From Mycobacterium leprae TN (GTDB lineage: Bacteria > Actinomycetota > Actinomycetes > Mycobacteriales > Mycobacteriaceae), in the NCBI RefSeq assembly GCF_000195855.1, contig NC_002677.1, positions 270,001 through 302,000 on the forward strand: a stretch of DNA of 32,000 bases, in the 5' to 3' direction. Of the stretch, positions 11,543-22,469 are shown in pieces (the first letter of the stretch is position 1; every line of letters begins with the position of its first letter). Position numbers and translations under genes: made by a program. The notes beneath the pieces are model-generated. The model searched no databases, had not been told where the DNA came from, and was given only the letters and a program-made list of their open reading frames with translations.

Positions 11543-12031
11543 TCAGTGCCCGCCAGCCTTGAACCGTTCCACTGAACGCTGCACTTCTGCTTCAGCTTCG
11601 TCTCGGCCTACCCAGTCTGCGGCTTTCACGAACTTGCCTGGCTCTAGATCCTTGTAGTGTACGAAGAAATGCTTGATCGCGTCCAGCTCGAAGGTCGGAA
11701 CATCGATGATGCCGTGGATGTGATCCCATCGGTGGTCGTTGACTGGAACGCACAACACCTTGTCGTCGCCGCCGTGCTCGTCGACCATCCGGAACATACC
11801 TACTGGACGTGCCTCCACTAGTACGCCAGGGAACAGCGGCTCCGGTAGCAGCACCAGTGCATCCAGCGGGTCGCCGTCTTCGCCGAGGGTGTCTTCAATG
11901 AAGCCGTAGTCTGTCGGATAGGCCATCGGGGTGTAAAGGTAGCGGTCTAGACGCACCCGCCCCGTTTTGTGGTCGACCTCGTACTTGTTCCGCTGGCCTT
12001 TCGGAATTTCGATGGTCACGTCGAATTGCAC
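11543..12031 (-). CDS. ppa: Inorganic pyrophosphatase
   Basis: 162 aa; [30 protein letters not shown], active-site [13 protein letters not shown]. Confidence 0.97.
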   Translation of the reverse strand: MQFDVTIEIPKGQRNKYEVDHKTGRVRLDRYLYTPMAYPTDYGFIEDTLGEDGDPLDALVLLPEPLFPGVLVEARPVGMFRMVDEHGGDDKVLCVPVNDHRWDHIHGIIDVPTFELDAIKHFFVHYKDLEPGKFVKAADWVGRDEAEAEVQRSVERFKAGGH

Positions 12032-12156
12032 CGTGTCGGCTCCTTAAATCTTAGCTAGGCCCGGGTAGATCGGTTACGTTGCGGAGTTCACCCTAGCCGA
12101 CGACGTTGGTCTGAAGGCTGGCTCGGCACAATGGAGCTAGACAGTCAGGAGGGCTA

Positions 12157-13542
12157 TTGAATCCTATTCGCTGGCAGAAATCTTACGTAGTTGTCGGATT
12201 GGCCATGCTGGCGTTCATCATCGCCGCGGTGAAGGCGGCAACCGTCTTCACCACGGGCGGCCACAGCACGAATGGAGCACGGTCCGCGGTACCGCCTCCG
12301 CGGGCGTCTACGGTCAAGCCGGCATTGGTTCCGGTAACCGAAACCGCCGTGGTACCCAGCGTTGGCGGACTGGCTGCCGCGCTGGCGTCGGCTTTGGCAG
12401 ATCCCAGTTTGGGTAGTTTTGGGGGACGGATCACCGATGCGATGACTGCCAAGGAACTCTGGCAGCAACAAGATGACATGCCGTTGGTGCCAGCGTCGGC
12501 CAATAAGCTCTTGACCGCAGCTGCGGCGCTGTTGACACTGGACCGCCAGACTCGGATCAGCACCCGGGTGGTGGCTGCAGGCCCGAATGCCCAAGGGCCT
12601 GTCGTTCTGGTGGGTGCTGGGGATCCGACCCTGTCGGCCGCATCGCCCGACCAGAGCACCTGGTATAGGGGTGCGCCGCGGATCAGTGACCTTGTCGAAC
12701 AGGTTCGTCGCAGCGGCGTGACGCCTACGGCTGTTCAGGTGGATACCTCGCTGTTCACCGGTCCGACGATGGCGCAGGGCTGGGATCCTGCCGATGTGGA
12801 CAACGGCTACACTGCCCCGATCGAGTCGGCGATGATCGACGCTGGGCGTATCCAGCCGACAACCGTCAAATCACGACGGTCACGTACCCCAGCTCTGGAC
12901 GCCGGGCGGGAATTGGCCAAGGCCCTGGGGGTCGCTCCCGATGCGGTTACAATCGTCAAGGCATCGTCTGGGGCGCGGCAGCTGGCTGTGGTGCAGTCAG
13001 CGCCGCTGGTCCAGCGGTTATCCGAGATGATGGACAACTCCGACAACGTGCTGGCCGAATGCATCGGCCGCGAGGTAGCGGCCGCCATAAACCGGCCTTT
13101 GAGCTTTGCCGGCGCGGTCGACGCGGTGACCAACCGGTTAGGTACAGCGCATATCGACACCACCGGCGCTGCTCTGGTGGATTCTAGCGGGTTGTCGGTC
13201 AACAACCGCTTGACCGCCAAGACACTCGGCGGTGCGGTGCAGGCGGCGGCGGGGCCGGATCAACCGGTGTTGCGTGCGCTGCTGGATCTGCTCCCGATCG
13301 CCGGCGGCAGCGGCACGTTATCGGACCGCTTTCTCAGTTCGGCGACCCACCAGGGTCCGGCCGGCTGGTTACGTGCCAAGACCGGCTCGTTGACCGCTAT
13401 TAATTCTTTGGTCGGGGTCGTCACTGACCGCAGCGGTCGGGTGTTGACATTCGCGTTCATCTCCAACGACGCTGGCCCGACCGGTCGTGCCGCGATGGAC
13501 GAGCTTGCTACTAGGCTGTGGATGTGCGGGTGCGCTACGTGA
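12157..13542 (+). CDS. dacB: D-alanyl-D-alanine carboxypeptidase, PBP4/DacB family (Rv3627c homologue)
   Basis: 461 aa; N-terminal membrane anchor; SANK (SxxK), SDN (SxN) and KTG motifs. TTG start at 12157. Confidence 0.93.
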   Translation: MNPIRWQKSYVVVGLAMLAFIIAAVKAATVFTTGGHSTNGARSAVPPPRASTVKPALVPVTETAVVPSVGGLAAALASALADPSLGSFGGRITDAMTAKELWQQQDDMPLVPASANKLLTAAAALLTLDRQTRISTRVVAAGPNAQGPVVLVGAGDPTLSAASPDQSTWYRGAPRISDLVEQVRRSGVTPTAVQVDTSLFTGPTMAQGWDPADVDNGYTAPIESAMIDAGRIQPTTVKSRRSRTPALDAGRELAKALGVAPDAVTIVKASSGARQLAVVQSAPLVQRLSEMMDNSDNVLAECIGREVAAAINRPLSFAGAVDAVTNRLGTAHIDTTGAALVDSSGLSVNNRLTAKTLGGAVQAAAGPDQPVLRALLDLLPIAGGSGTLSDRFLSSATHQGPAGWLRAKTGSLTAINSLVGVVTDRSGRVLTFAFISNDAGPTGRAAMDELATRLWMCGCAT

Positions 13543-13559
13543 CCTCATCGTCGGAGTTC

Positions 13560-14638
13560 ACGCTCGATACCGCGGTGGACTAGGGATTCGCGGCCAGCGT
13601 AGGAGAGCGGCTGGCACGTCCTGGTCCGCCGGCTTCCGAATACACGCGCCGCCAGGTGATTGATGAGTTGACCTGTGCGGCGGCGAAAGCCGAACCACTG
13701 GTGAGCGATGTCACCGGCCTGGTGACCGAACGTGTGGTACTGCTGGCGTGCATCGTCGATCGACCGGAATGGGTTCGGTTGGCGACCGAGTCCATGAGGG
13801 TTATGACGAACGGAACCGACAAGTCACGGGGTCAGTTCAACGGACGGATCACTGGTGCTCAGACAGGTGCGATCCTGGCGTGTGTGGCGTCCAGGATCCT
13901 CGGCCAGTACGATCCGTTCGCTGCTTCCAAGTCAAGTAGGGTTGTCTGCTGTTGGTGTATCCAACATGTCATCGCCGTCGAGCGTCAGCTGCGAGTTGAG
14001 CCCTCCGATTTTCGGTTGTGGATGTGCTTGCACGAGGTGACCCACTGGATCCAATTCACTGCCAACCGGTGGTTGTTCGACTACATGTCGAAAGCGCTGG
14101 ACTTGTTGACTCAAAAAACCAGTGAAGACATCAGACTGGTGGTGGGTCGGCTCGTTGACTTTGTCCGCAGTCGGTGCCATGGGTCGTCTGCAGCAGAGAA
14201 TTCCACTGCTCACGCATCGGGAATTCCCGGCTTGGTGCGCGCTGTGCAATCTGAGTCGCAGCTCGTAGCTCTAGATCAGCTTCTGGTGCTTGGCACACTG
14301 CTGGAGAGGCACGTCGACCACGTCATGGATGCGGTTGGCCCGATGGCGGTGCCATCGGTGACTATGATAAGCTTTAAGTTTGATAAGCGTCGCTATAGCA
14401 AGTAACCACCATTGCAGAGGTTGCTGCTTGTATTGCTAGGTGGCGATGCTAAGTTCAAGCAATATGACGAGGGTAAGGCGTTTGTCGATCACGTGGTGGG
14501 TCGGAATGGTACGGTTCAACACGATTTGTTCAGGTCTCGAAACGCTGCTGTTGTCTGCCGAAATCGAAGACCCGCAGAGATGGATCGACAGGGTGCTGTA
14601 GGGCAGCTGCGCAGGACAGTCGAAGAGTTTGCTGGTAC
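13560..14638 (+). pseudogene. Rv3626c homologue (zincin-like, F420-biosynthesis-associated family protein), decayed
   Basis: ORF 13656..14405 carries the HEVTH motif, a locally frameshifted segment (GRLLLVxPN equivalent is out of frame near 13940-13965) and a TAA at 14403. Homology resumes in the same frame (PPLQRLLLVLLGGDAKFKQYDEGKAFVDHVVGR), then in another frame (LSAEIEDPQRWIDRVL*). Confidence 0.75.
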
Positions 14639-15551
14639 CTATTGTGATATCGACGATCAATGGTGCGTAGCGCTCTCCGGCGGCTCGGACTCGTTGGCGC
14701 TCACTGCGGTTGCGGCCCAACTACGCTCTACGACCGCATTTATCGTGGATCACGGTTTGCAGTCTGACTCGGCCGCTGTCGCAGAAACCGCTCGAAAGCA
14801 AGCTATCTCATTGGGATGTGTTGACGCACAAGTGCTTTGTGTGCAGATAGATCCACCGTTTGGTCCCAAAGGCGGGCTCGAGGCAGCGGCCCGTGCTGCC
14901 CGATACGCTGTGTTGGGCGCCAATCGTAATGGCCCGGTGTTGTTAGCCCACACTCTCGACGATCAAGCTGAGACGGTGCTGCTTGGCTTGGGCCGCGGTT
15001 CTGGGGCGCGCTCAATCGCTGGAATGCGGCCGCACGATCCGCCGTGGTGCCGGCCGTTACTGGGTGTGCGGCGCAGCGTGCCGCGTGCCGCGTGCCACGA
15101 GCTGGGCCTAAACGCTTGGCAGGATCCGCACAACACAGACTGTCGTTACACCCGAACCCGGCTGCGCCTCGAGGTGCTGCCGCTATTGGAGGACGTGCTA
15201 GGTGGTGGGGTCGTCGAGGCGTTGGCCCGCACTGCGACGGCGTTGCGCGAGGACACTGAACTGATCGACACGTTCGCCGCACAGGCGCTGCCCAACATCT
15301 GTGCCGGGTCGGGGCTACATGCGCGGGCTCTGGCCGCACTTCCCGACGCGGTTCGACGCCGGGTTATCCGTGGCTGGCTGTTGAATGGAGGCGCGACCGG
15401 GCTGACCGACAAGCAGATCCGTGGAGTGGACACACTGGTTACCGCGTGGCGCGGGCAAGGCGGGGTGGCGGTGGGATCCACCTTGCGCGGACAGCGTTTG
15501 ATCGCCAGCCGGTACGACGGCGTACTGACCTTGCACTGCGCGCCCGTTTAG
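14580..15551 (+). CDS. tilS: tRNA(Ile)-lysidine synthase
   Basis: ATG at 14580 (MDRQGAVGQLRR); PP-loop LSGGSDSLAL; LLAHTLDDQAETVLLGLGRGSGARSIAGM. The ORF track start at 14412 is read-through from the upstream pseudogene. Confidence 0.92.
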   Translation: MDRQGAVGQLRRTVEEFAGTYCDIDDQWCVALSGGSDSLALTAVAAQLRSTTAFIVDHGLQSDSAAVAETARKQAISLGCVDAQVLCVQIDPPFGPKGGLEAAARAARYAVLGANRNGPVLLAHTLDDQAETVLLGLGRGSGARSIAGMRPHDPPWCRPLLGVRRSVPRAACHELGLNAWQDPHNTDCRYTRTRLRLEVLPLLEDVLGGGVVEALARTATALREDTELIDTFAAQALPNICAGSGLHARALAALPDAVRRRVIRGWLLNGGATGLTDKQIRGVDTLVTAWRGQGGVAVGSTLRGQRLIASRYDGVLTLHCAPV

Positions 15552-15583
15552 CGGCCCTTAGCGGGTCCTGATGCCGGGTCGCC

Positions 15584-16225
15584 GTGGTTTTTCGCAGGGC
15601 AGCATGGCACGCTTTGCTCGTGGCCCAGAGCTTCTCGGCGATTAACCCCGGACCGACGGCAGAGTTGTACCTGGGTGATATCAAGTCGGTCATGCTCACC
15701 CAGGAGCAGATTCAGGCTAGGATTGCCGAGCTCGGCGCCCAAATCGGCCACGACTATCGTGACCGTTCGCCTGCTAGTGACCAGGATCTGCTGTTGGTCA
15801 CCGTGCTTAAGGGAGCGGTGATCTTCGTCACTGACCTGGCGCGTGCGATTCCACTGCCAACTCAGTTCGAATTCATGGCCGTTAGTTCGTATGGATCCTC
15901 GATGTCCTCGTCGGGTGTGGTGCGGATTCTCAAGGATCTTGATCGCGATATCCACGATCGCAACGTGTTGATAGTCGAGGACGTCGTGGATTCAGGTCTG
16001 ACCTTGTCTTGGTTGCTGCGGAACTTGGCAACCCGTCGTCCGCAGTCGTTGCAGGTGTGCACGCTGCTGCGCAAGCCCGATGCGCTACGTGCCAATGTCG
16101 ATATCACTTATGTGGGTTTCGACATTCCCAACGACTTCGTCGTGGGCTATGGACTGGATTACGACGAGCGTTACCGTGACCTGCCCTATATCGGTATGCT
16201 GGATCCCCGTGTCTACCAGCAATAG
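15584..16225 (+). CDS. hpt: Hypoxanthine-guanine phosphoribosyltransferase
   Basis: [23 protein letters not shown] motif [32 protein letters not shown]. Start may instead be GTG 15620. Confidence 0.94.
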
Positions 16226-16228
16226 CCG

Positions 16229-16860
16229 CTAGTCCATCTCCCACACCGCGGTCATCGAGGAGCTCACTGTCTGCTGGCCAGCGTCCTTGATGTGTTGTCC
16301 GGGGCGTGGATATTGCCCTCGAGCGTCTTGCTGGCACGGTAGCCGGCTATGGTGGCGGCAAGCTCGGATTTGCTGCCCTCGGGCTGCAGAATCACGTTGG
16401 TGGTGCTGGTGTTTTGTAGTCCATCCTGATATTGATGACCGCTTGCTGGCCGGTCATTGGTCTGGTTGATCGCGGTGGTGACGTTGGACTCGGTGAATTC
16501 GATAGCGACTTCGGCGGTCAAAGTGTTCGGGACGCCTTGGACTTGCCTTGCCCTAACGACGGTCACTTGACGCGGATTCGTCCCAGTTGGCGTGAAATTA
16601 TACTCATCGTACGTTTACAGCGTGATGATGGCCAAGTCGGCAGCGGTCACAGCAATCGATTTATGGGCAAACCTCGGAGTGCTCGCTGCACGCGGCCTGC
16701 CTGGCATCCTAGCGGTTTGGAGGTATTTGAATCAGTGAGGCTGTATGTCGGACAAGGAGTTCGGTTAGTTGGGTTCCCAGTTCGGAGGCAACCTTTTCGG
16801 CTCTCGGGTTCGCTCATCCAGTTACAATAGGGGCTGGTATTGGGTGTGTTTTTGAAGAGA
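16229..16860 (-). pseudogene. lpqG: Lipoprotein LpqG-like (SIMPL/DUF541 domain) gene, decayed
   Basis: Minus-strand RQVQGVPNTLTAEVAIEFTESNVTTAINQTNDR, then NVILQPE..., and C-terminal QQTVSSSMTAVWEMD* (stop at 16229-16231) in a different frame; the centre is missing. Convergent with hpt. Confidence 0.65.
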
Positions 16861-17039
16861 AACAGCATGTCGCGCATGTATTTTGGAATTTTCTGGGGTT
16901 ATTTTCTGTTTTTTCGAGCATGTTCTAGGTGTTGTTGGTCTGTTGTTGACAGGTCTTTGCGCTCGGTTGTGCTTGCTTACCTATGCAATTCGTGCGCTGC
17001 GTAGTTGCTACCTGTTTTGTCTGTTGGGGGACGGTACGG

Positions 17040-17750
17040 AGCATGCTGGGCCGTGCGGTTGGGGGAAGAGGTCAGAGCCAGCCGGAGCCAGCCGGGGAGG
17101 TCCGGTAGGTCGGCTCGGTGGGTGAAGTTCAGACTACGGTGCCGTAAGCTAATTCTGTGTAGTGTAATCCACCATGGTATGTTTTGAGTTGGTGGTGTTG
17201 GCGGCAAAGGCAATTGAGGTTTTCCAGCATCGTCAATCCTCCTGTTTCGGTATTCTGATGGTTTAATGCGATGGTGCGGTAGATGTCCCAGGTGATGGAC
17301 GGGAGACACATTCGAGCACTGCCGACGGTTGGTAACGTAGTAATTCGGCTGGATTGGTTAGCGGATCGGCAAAACGTAGGGATACAGCGGCGGCAGTCAA
17401 CTGGCGAACCTGCCCGGCGTCGATGATTCCAGGTGGCCTGGCGCAGCGCTGTCACAATAGGAGGTCTGGTAACGGGCAACTGCAGTGATCACCATTTGTG
17501 CCCCACCTGTATCGTGCTCAGTATCACCATCGCTAGATTGAGGGGGTAAACAGCTACAAGCCCGGCTGCGGCCTTGGGTCAATGCGTCGGTGCTGTGCTG
17601 ATCCGGTGTTCCCGGGTCGGCTCAGACACACCTGTGTAGCTAGCTGCGAGAATCGGCGGTCAAAAGCCGTCGCGGCCGCCGCACCGTAAACCTCGGCCCT
17701 CCTGTTGTCTTAGAGCATTGATTTGTTGTCTTAGAGCATTGATTCCAATG
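17040..17750 (-). pseudogene. 13E12 repeat family (DUF222 + HNH endonuclease-like) gene, decayed
   Basis: Minus-strand fragments IIDAGQVRQLTAAAVSLRFADPLTNPAELRYQPSAVLE and (shifted) LENLNCLCRQHHQLKTYHGGLHYTELAYGTVV*TSPTEPTYRTSPAGS. HNH core NLxCLCRxHHxLKT is recognisable; TGG to TGA nonsense after GTVV. Confidence 0.65.
17703..17744. repeat. 21 bp perfect tandem duplication (2 copies)
   Basis: TGTTGTCTTAGAGCATTGATT at 17703-17723 and 17724-17744. Confidence 0.95.
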
Positions 17751-20360
17751 AGACGGTAGTCAGTCCTTTGGACGAAAAAACGGCGTCGCCGGACGGTGTC
17801 CGAGTCTACCGCGCTTACTGCAGCGTCAACGGCGTTCGATGATGCGCTGTCGCAACCAGCCCATGCCGGTTGCCGATGCGCACAGCAGGCTACATGTCAA
17901 CTTTAGTGATCAACTCATTGTCAGTGAGCAAATCGATGCGGATAGTTATCAACTACATTGTTCCCCAATCGATTCTTTCTTCTGTCAGTTCATTAAGGTT
18001 CCAACCTGGGGAACTCTCTGGCCAAGTGCCTCAGAATCCGCTACCATTGTAGCTGGCCTCCACCTCCATGGGGATAGTTCTATTGCGGAGGCTGCATCGG
18101 CAGTAGTCTGCTTGAATCCGTCGACAACCGTGTACCTGTGCTGGTGCTTGGCTTGCCCAGGTTCGAGGACGTTCGATGCCATAGCAATGCCGTCACGGCG
18201 GCCATCCGCCGGGCCATAGGGCCGACTTGAGGTTGTTCGTGGCAACCAACGCGGTTGGAGCCAGGTTACGAACCGTGACCGAATCAGGCACTTCAATCTT
18301 CTATAGTGTCGATAATAGCTGTGGTGTCTGACAAACCTGTCGCTTAGTGGGGCTGGTACTATTGTTTGCTGGTCTGAGCACTCTACGGTCGGATTTTGCA
18401 GCGCTCGTTGTTGGGTGGTGACCATGGAATGGGTCAAGGGATTGGGACGCGGCGCTGAGTCCTAAATATCCGCTGAGCGGCACAGTGCGCTTCCTTGACA
18501 TTGGTTTGGCCGGCGTCTCTGTACCAGCGTCCTTTGGTCACACCGCAGGCGTTGTGCAGTTGTTCGACGGTGAGGTTGCGCTGTGTTGTGGCTTCTTAAG
18601 AAGCGCGCCAGTAATGGCAGCATCGATACCCATCTGCTGCGCATTATAGTTATTGCAGGGCCCGGTATCCGGAGTCGTTGGGTGTCGGTCGCCCATGTGC
18701 TGAAGAACCGCAAACTGGGTTTGTTGTACTGCACGCTGATGGATTGAGCGGCGGTGCTGGCAGCAGTGCCATCCACGCACAGTTTTTCCAACTGGGTTTC
18801 CGGCCGATCAAGGCACTGCTGTCGGCGGCGGGTGGCGAGGCGTTGGCTTACGCTGAACTATCACCGGTTGGGTGGCAGTATATCAATACAGCACTACGGC
18901 GCATTGATGAGCTAAGTGCTTAGATCAAGCCACTGAGAATCCAATTGGTGAATTTAACTCGACACCGGCAGGGGCTGCTAGGTGCTGCAGGCCCAGTACG
19001 GCATCGGCTGGCTGTGTACGGCGATAATGTGGGCATAGATTTGGTGATGCATGCTTGTTCTCACGCTCCGATCAATTGCTTCGTTTCGCTGGGCTGGATG
19101 TCACCGTCTACTCGTCTGACGGCAAGTGCATACCGAGATTATCTGTTGTTTCAGGGCTCACCGGAGCTGTGTTGGGTGGCGTTTCAGAACGTCAATGCGT
19201 CGCTCGATGCGGTTCCCCGGGGCTACTTAACCAAAAGCGAGCGACCAAGTGTGATGGCTACAACGGCAAGAATCCCATCCTGGCGGTGAAGCAGAAAATT
19301 CTGCGCTGTTGCTGTCACATGCTGCACAAGCTAACCGATGCCGCCCTGGCGTTGTCCGACAACCGACCTTAGGAGGAGGGTTCCGGAGATGCGTTGCGTG
19401 CGTGCCCTGCTCATAGGTCAGCTGATGACTGAGGCCAGCTTCCTGGATTCTCCTGTAGGCGCATCGCTGTTGGGCGGACCTCCCGAAAAGATTGAGCAGA
19501 AGCATTTCTTCGGTGTCCCGCACGTCGGGCCCCTATCAGTCGCCGATCCGCCGGACTTTGTCCGTGTACCCAGGCAAGGCTGAGCATCGGAACACGCACC
19601 GAGCGCAGCTGCCACACGTACGTTAATGGTAAGCAGTAGATAATTTGGACCACAACGTTTTTCGTTTCTGGTTGGTTACAGTATATAACCTATCATATCA
19701 TCATCGATTTCAAGCTAATTTGTCCTTGCTGCACTGTTAGGCGCTTCACCTTGACTCCGATCGTGACCCAACGCCCATGAAGACAGTGAGAACAAGGTAA
19801 AGTAATATAAAACGACCAAGTATCCATTTTAATATCTGGGGTACCCAACACAGACAAGGAGAAACCACATGTGGTTTTTGATGGTTTTGTCGGAGTTGCT
19901 GGCGGTGCCGACTGCGTAGCTGGAGGCGATTGGCTTCGTGGTGAGTGCAGCTAATGGGATCGTGACTGCCCCGATCAGCGAGGTGCGCCCAGCGGGAGCC
20001 GACCAGGGTCGGTAGTAGCAGCGGCGGCCGCTTTTGCCAATCGTGTCCAGGAATATCAGGCAATCAGTGCTGAATCCAGCCCCAAAAACGTGGTCACCGT
20101 TAGCAGCGACCTCGCTGCTAACGGTGACCGGCCAGTTGCCCTGGCGGGGGTCCTTACTGCGGAGCGTAGTCAGGCCGGTGGGGCGGCACATTGAAGGCCG
20201 TACTAAAGGTTCCACTGGAAGCGGAACTGCAACCTGCAGCGAAATCAGCAGAGGCTATCCCGGCGGCCTTATCATAGGTGCCGATTCCGGCAACTTCAGT
20301 GCCAGCAGTGCAAGCGGGAGTTCGGTAAATGTGAGTTGCTGCTCTGCTGGGCGTAACCAT

Positions 20361-21371
20361 CTACGGACTAACCAGCATTTTGCAGTGCCGTTTGGGTTCG
20401 GGAAGGTCTAGCCCACCACGTCCAGATCGACCTCTACGGTAATCAGCGGGGTGGCATCGGTGTAGCCTTCGGCGATCACGCGCAGCGACTCAGCGAATTC
20501 GTCCGGGTAATATTAGGGCGCGAATTACACACTGATTTCCTTAGTTATCGCAAAAAATGGATGCATGGTGTCGGCCTGCATACACATTCCGGCGACTATC
20601 AGATGCATACTGTATGCGCCCGTAATCGTTACGTCGTAGACGATCCTGGGCACCCTTACCTCCTCAACGCCGCCGCGGGTTCCCGTTGTCGAACGGGGAA
20701 CCCTCTTCCGGATCTAGTTTTTGATGCGTGCCCATCGCGCCGGTCAGCTCGCGTAGCTGCGACGAAAAATTTGATTCTACAATGGCTTATATGCTACTTG
20801 CGGCAAGGAGGCGATGACTTCCAGGTTGATCGGACTGCAACCAAGCAACAGGGCAGTTCACCGGTAGCTATGTTGGACTTGTAACCGGCATGCAACCCTA
20901 CCGCTATGGATCCGGTCAGTGCTGCGTGTTTGAGATCTAGGCTGTTGGTGATTGGCAGCAACGGCGGCGCCGAGAGCAGCCTCCTATAGGCGCAGACGAC
21001 GATCGGATACTGTTCGAAATAATCGGTTCGATGCCGTTGGAAGACAGCAACATCGGGAGCGATGTGACCAGGATTCCTGGAGGGTATAAGTTTTTTTAGT
21101 CTCTGTCGCGGCTTCTAGCGCCCCGTAGTCGAATTCGTGGCCCACGATAGACATCGCAGCTCAAATCTACTTGTATGCGTCAGAATCACGCGCAATCCGT
21201 TCAGCGAGCCCAGCATGTCAGCACCGTTAATTGCGAAATGCCAGACAAGTCGATGCCACGGATTCCACACGACCGCACACCGACCAGAACTCGACCTGGT
21301 TTGGGTATCGGTTCAAGCACGCCGTACCGGTAGGCCATGCGTCCATTGTGAAACACTGCGGCGCTCATCAA
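20361..21371 (-). pseudogene. Zinc-dependent alcohol dehydrogenase family gene, decayed
   Basis: Manual minus-strand translation from ATG at 21371: MSAAVFHNGRMAYRYGVLEPIPKPGRVLVGVRSCGIRGIDLSG ... SIVGHEF ... SNGIEPIISNSI ... LDLKHAALTGSIAVGLHAGYKSNI ... LIVAGMCMQADTMHPFFAITKEISV*FAP*YYPDEFAESLRVIAEGYTDATPLITVEVDLDVVG ... RHCKMLVSP*. Multiple frameshifts and stops. Confidence 0.75.
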
Positions 21372-21399
21372 TTATTTTCGGTTTCTAGAATCTCGGTAA

Positions 21400-22450
21400 C
21401 GGCTTTCACCTACTTCTCGCCGTCGTAGCGAATCAATTTGGCCAAATTTTCCTTTGTCCTAGTCGTGAGAAGATTGCTATGCTTCTAGCTGTCCTTTGCA
21501 ATAGAGAATCACCTTGCGGGCGAATAGTTCATAGCAGTGTTACGTTGCATGGGGGAGGACCAGGTATGGTCAAGCACCCGTAGTATTCTGAAGTCACCGT
21601 ACTTTTCGAGTAAAGTCTTCAATATGTGCTATTGTGTTTATCGGATGTACCGATACGGTAATTACCTTTGCCAGTTTAGTCGTTGACTAAACTAATGAGG
21701 TTTCTGTGTGCTGTCGACTGTATTGGCAACCGGAAAAACCCCTCAACGTTGCAATAATTGGCGCAATTCTGCAGCTCGTAGGTGCAGTCGTCGATCGCCT
21801 GATAGCGGCTTTTAGCAATATGCATGATGCTCAGAACCCGCTAATTAGCTCGGTCCGGCTCGTCCCGGTCGACTGTGTCGGCCTGTTTGCGCACCACTTT
21901 CCAGATGTTTTCCAGCCCAGCATGGCCGCTGGACACTGACATCGACAATAGGCGACGTGCCCAGTGTGTCGGCCAGGCGTGGTGCAGACGGCTAGTGCTA
22001 CTATTATGGGTGTGGCGATTTCTGGTGTAGGTTCATGTGTCAGGTGGATGTGTAATTGTGCGTTGAGCAAGGTGAACTATGTATGAAGTGGCGATAGACT
22101 CACTCAATGAGATCGGAATAACGCGAGGATCTCCTCGATAGATTTTTTGCACCATACCTTCGCTACCCAATTGGTTTGCTAACCATCATATTCGATGTCC
22201 GATAACAGCACCCAAGACCACGCCCGGTGCTGAGCCTTACGTGCTTTGGTCCGCTCCAGCTGCTGCGCGATGAACACTTCCAGGCACGCCATCAACTCGT
22301 AGCCGCATGAAGTGGTGTTCGCCGAACCACGCCTCGTCTATCCCCACGCTATCCAGCGCAACAACGCGCTCCATATCGTATTCCAACGCCACTATGGGGG
22401 ATTGGCCGATATATTATTAAATATTAAACGGTATGATGAAGATGTTGAAA
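21400..22450 (-). pseudogene. Luciferase-like monooxygenase (probable Rv3618 homologue), decayed
   Basis: Minus-strand VALDSVGIDEAWFGEHHF, shifting frame to CGYELMACLEVFIAQQLERTKA, typical of LLM N-terminal sequence (DEAWFGEHH...). Located next to the ephA remnant as in M. tuberculosis. 3' limit not determined. Confidence 0.5.
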
Positions 22451-22469
22451 AGCAGTGGAGCACCGACCA

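Noticed and set aside
14412-14579. N-terminal extension of TilS in the ORF track
   Set aside because: The extension matches the C-terminal part of the Rv3626c homologue; TilS similarity begins at MDRQ (14580).
18678-19583. Candidate small CDSs (18678..18923, 18945..19289, 19338..19583)
   Set aside because: No recognisable domain in any reading, surrounded by decayed genes, no continuity between frames that I could assign to a family.
21673-21693. Small inverted repeat AGTTTAGTC-GTT-GACTAAACT
   Set aside because: Only 9 bp arms in an AT-richer decayed region; could be chance and no T-tract follows.
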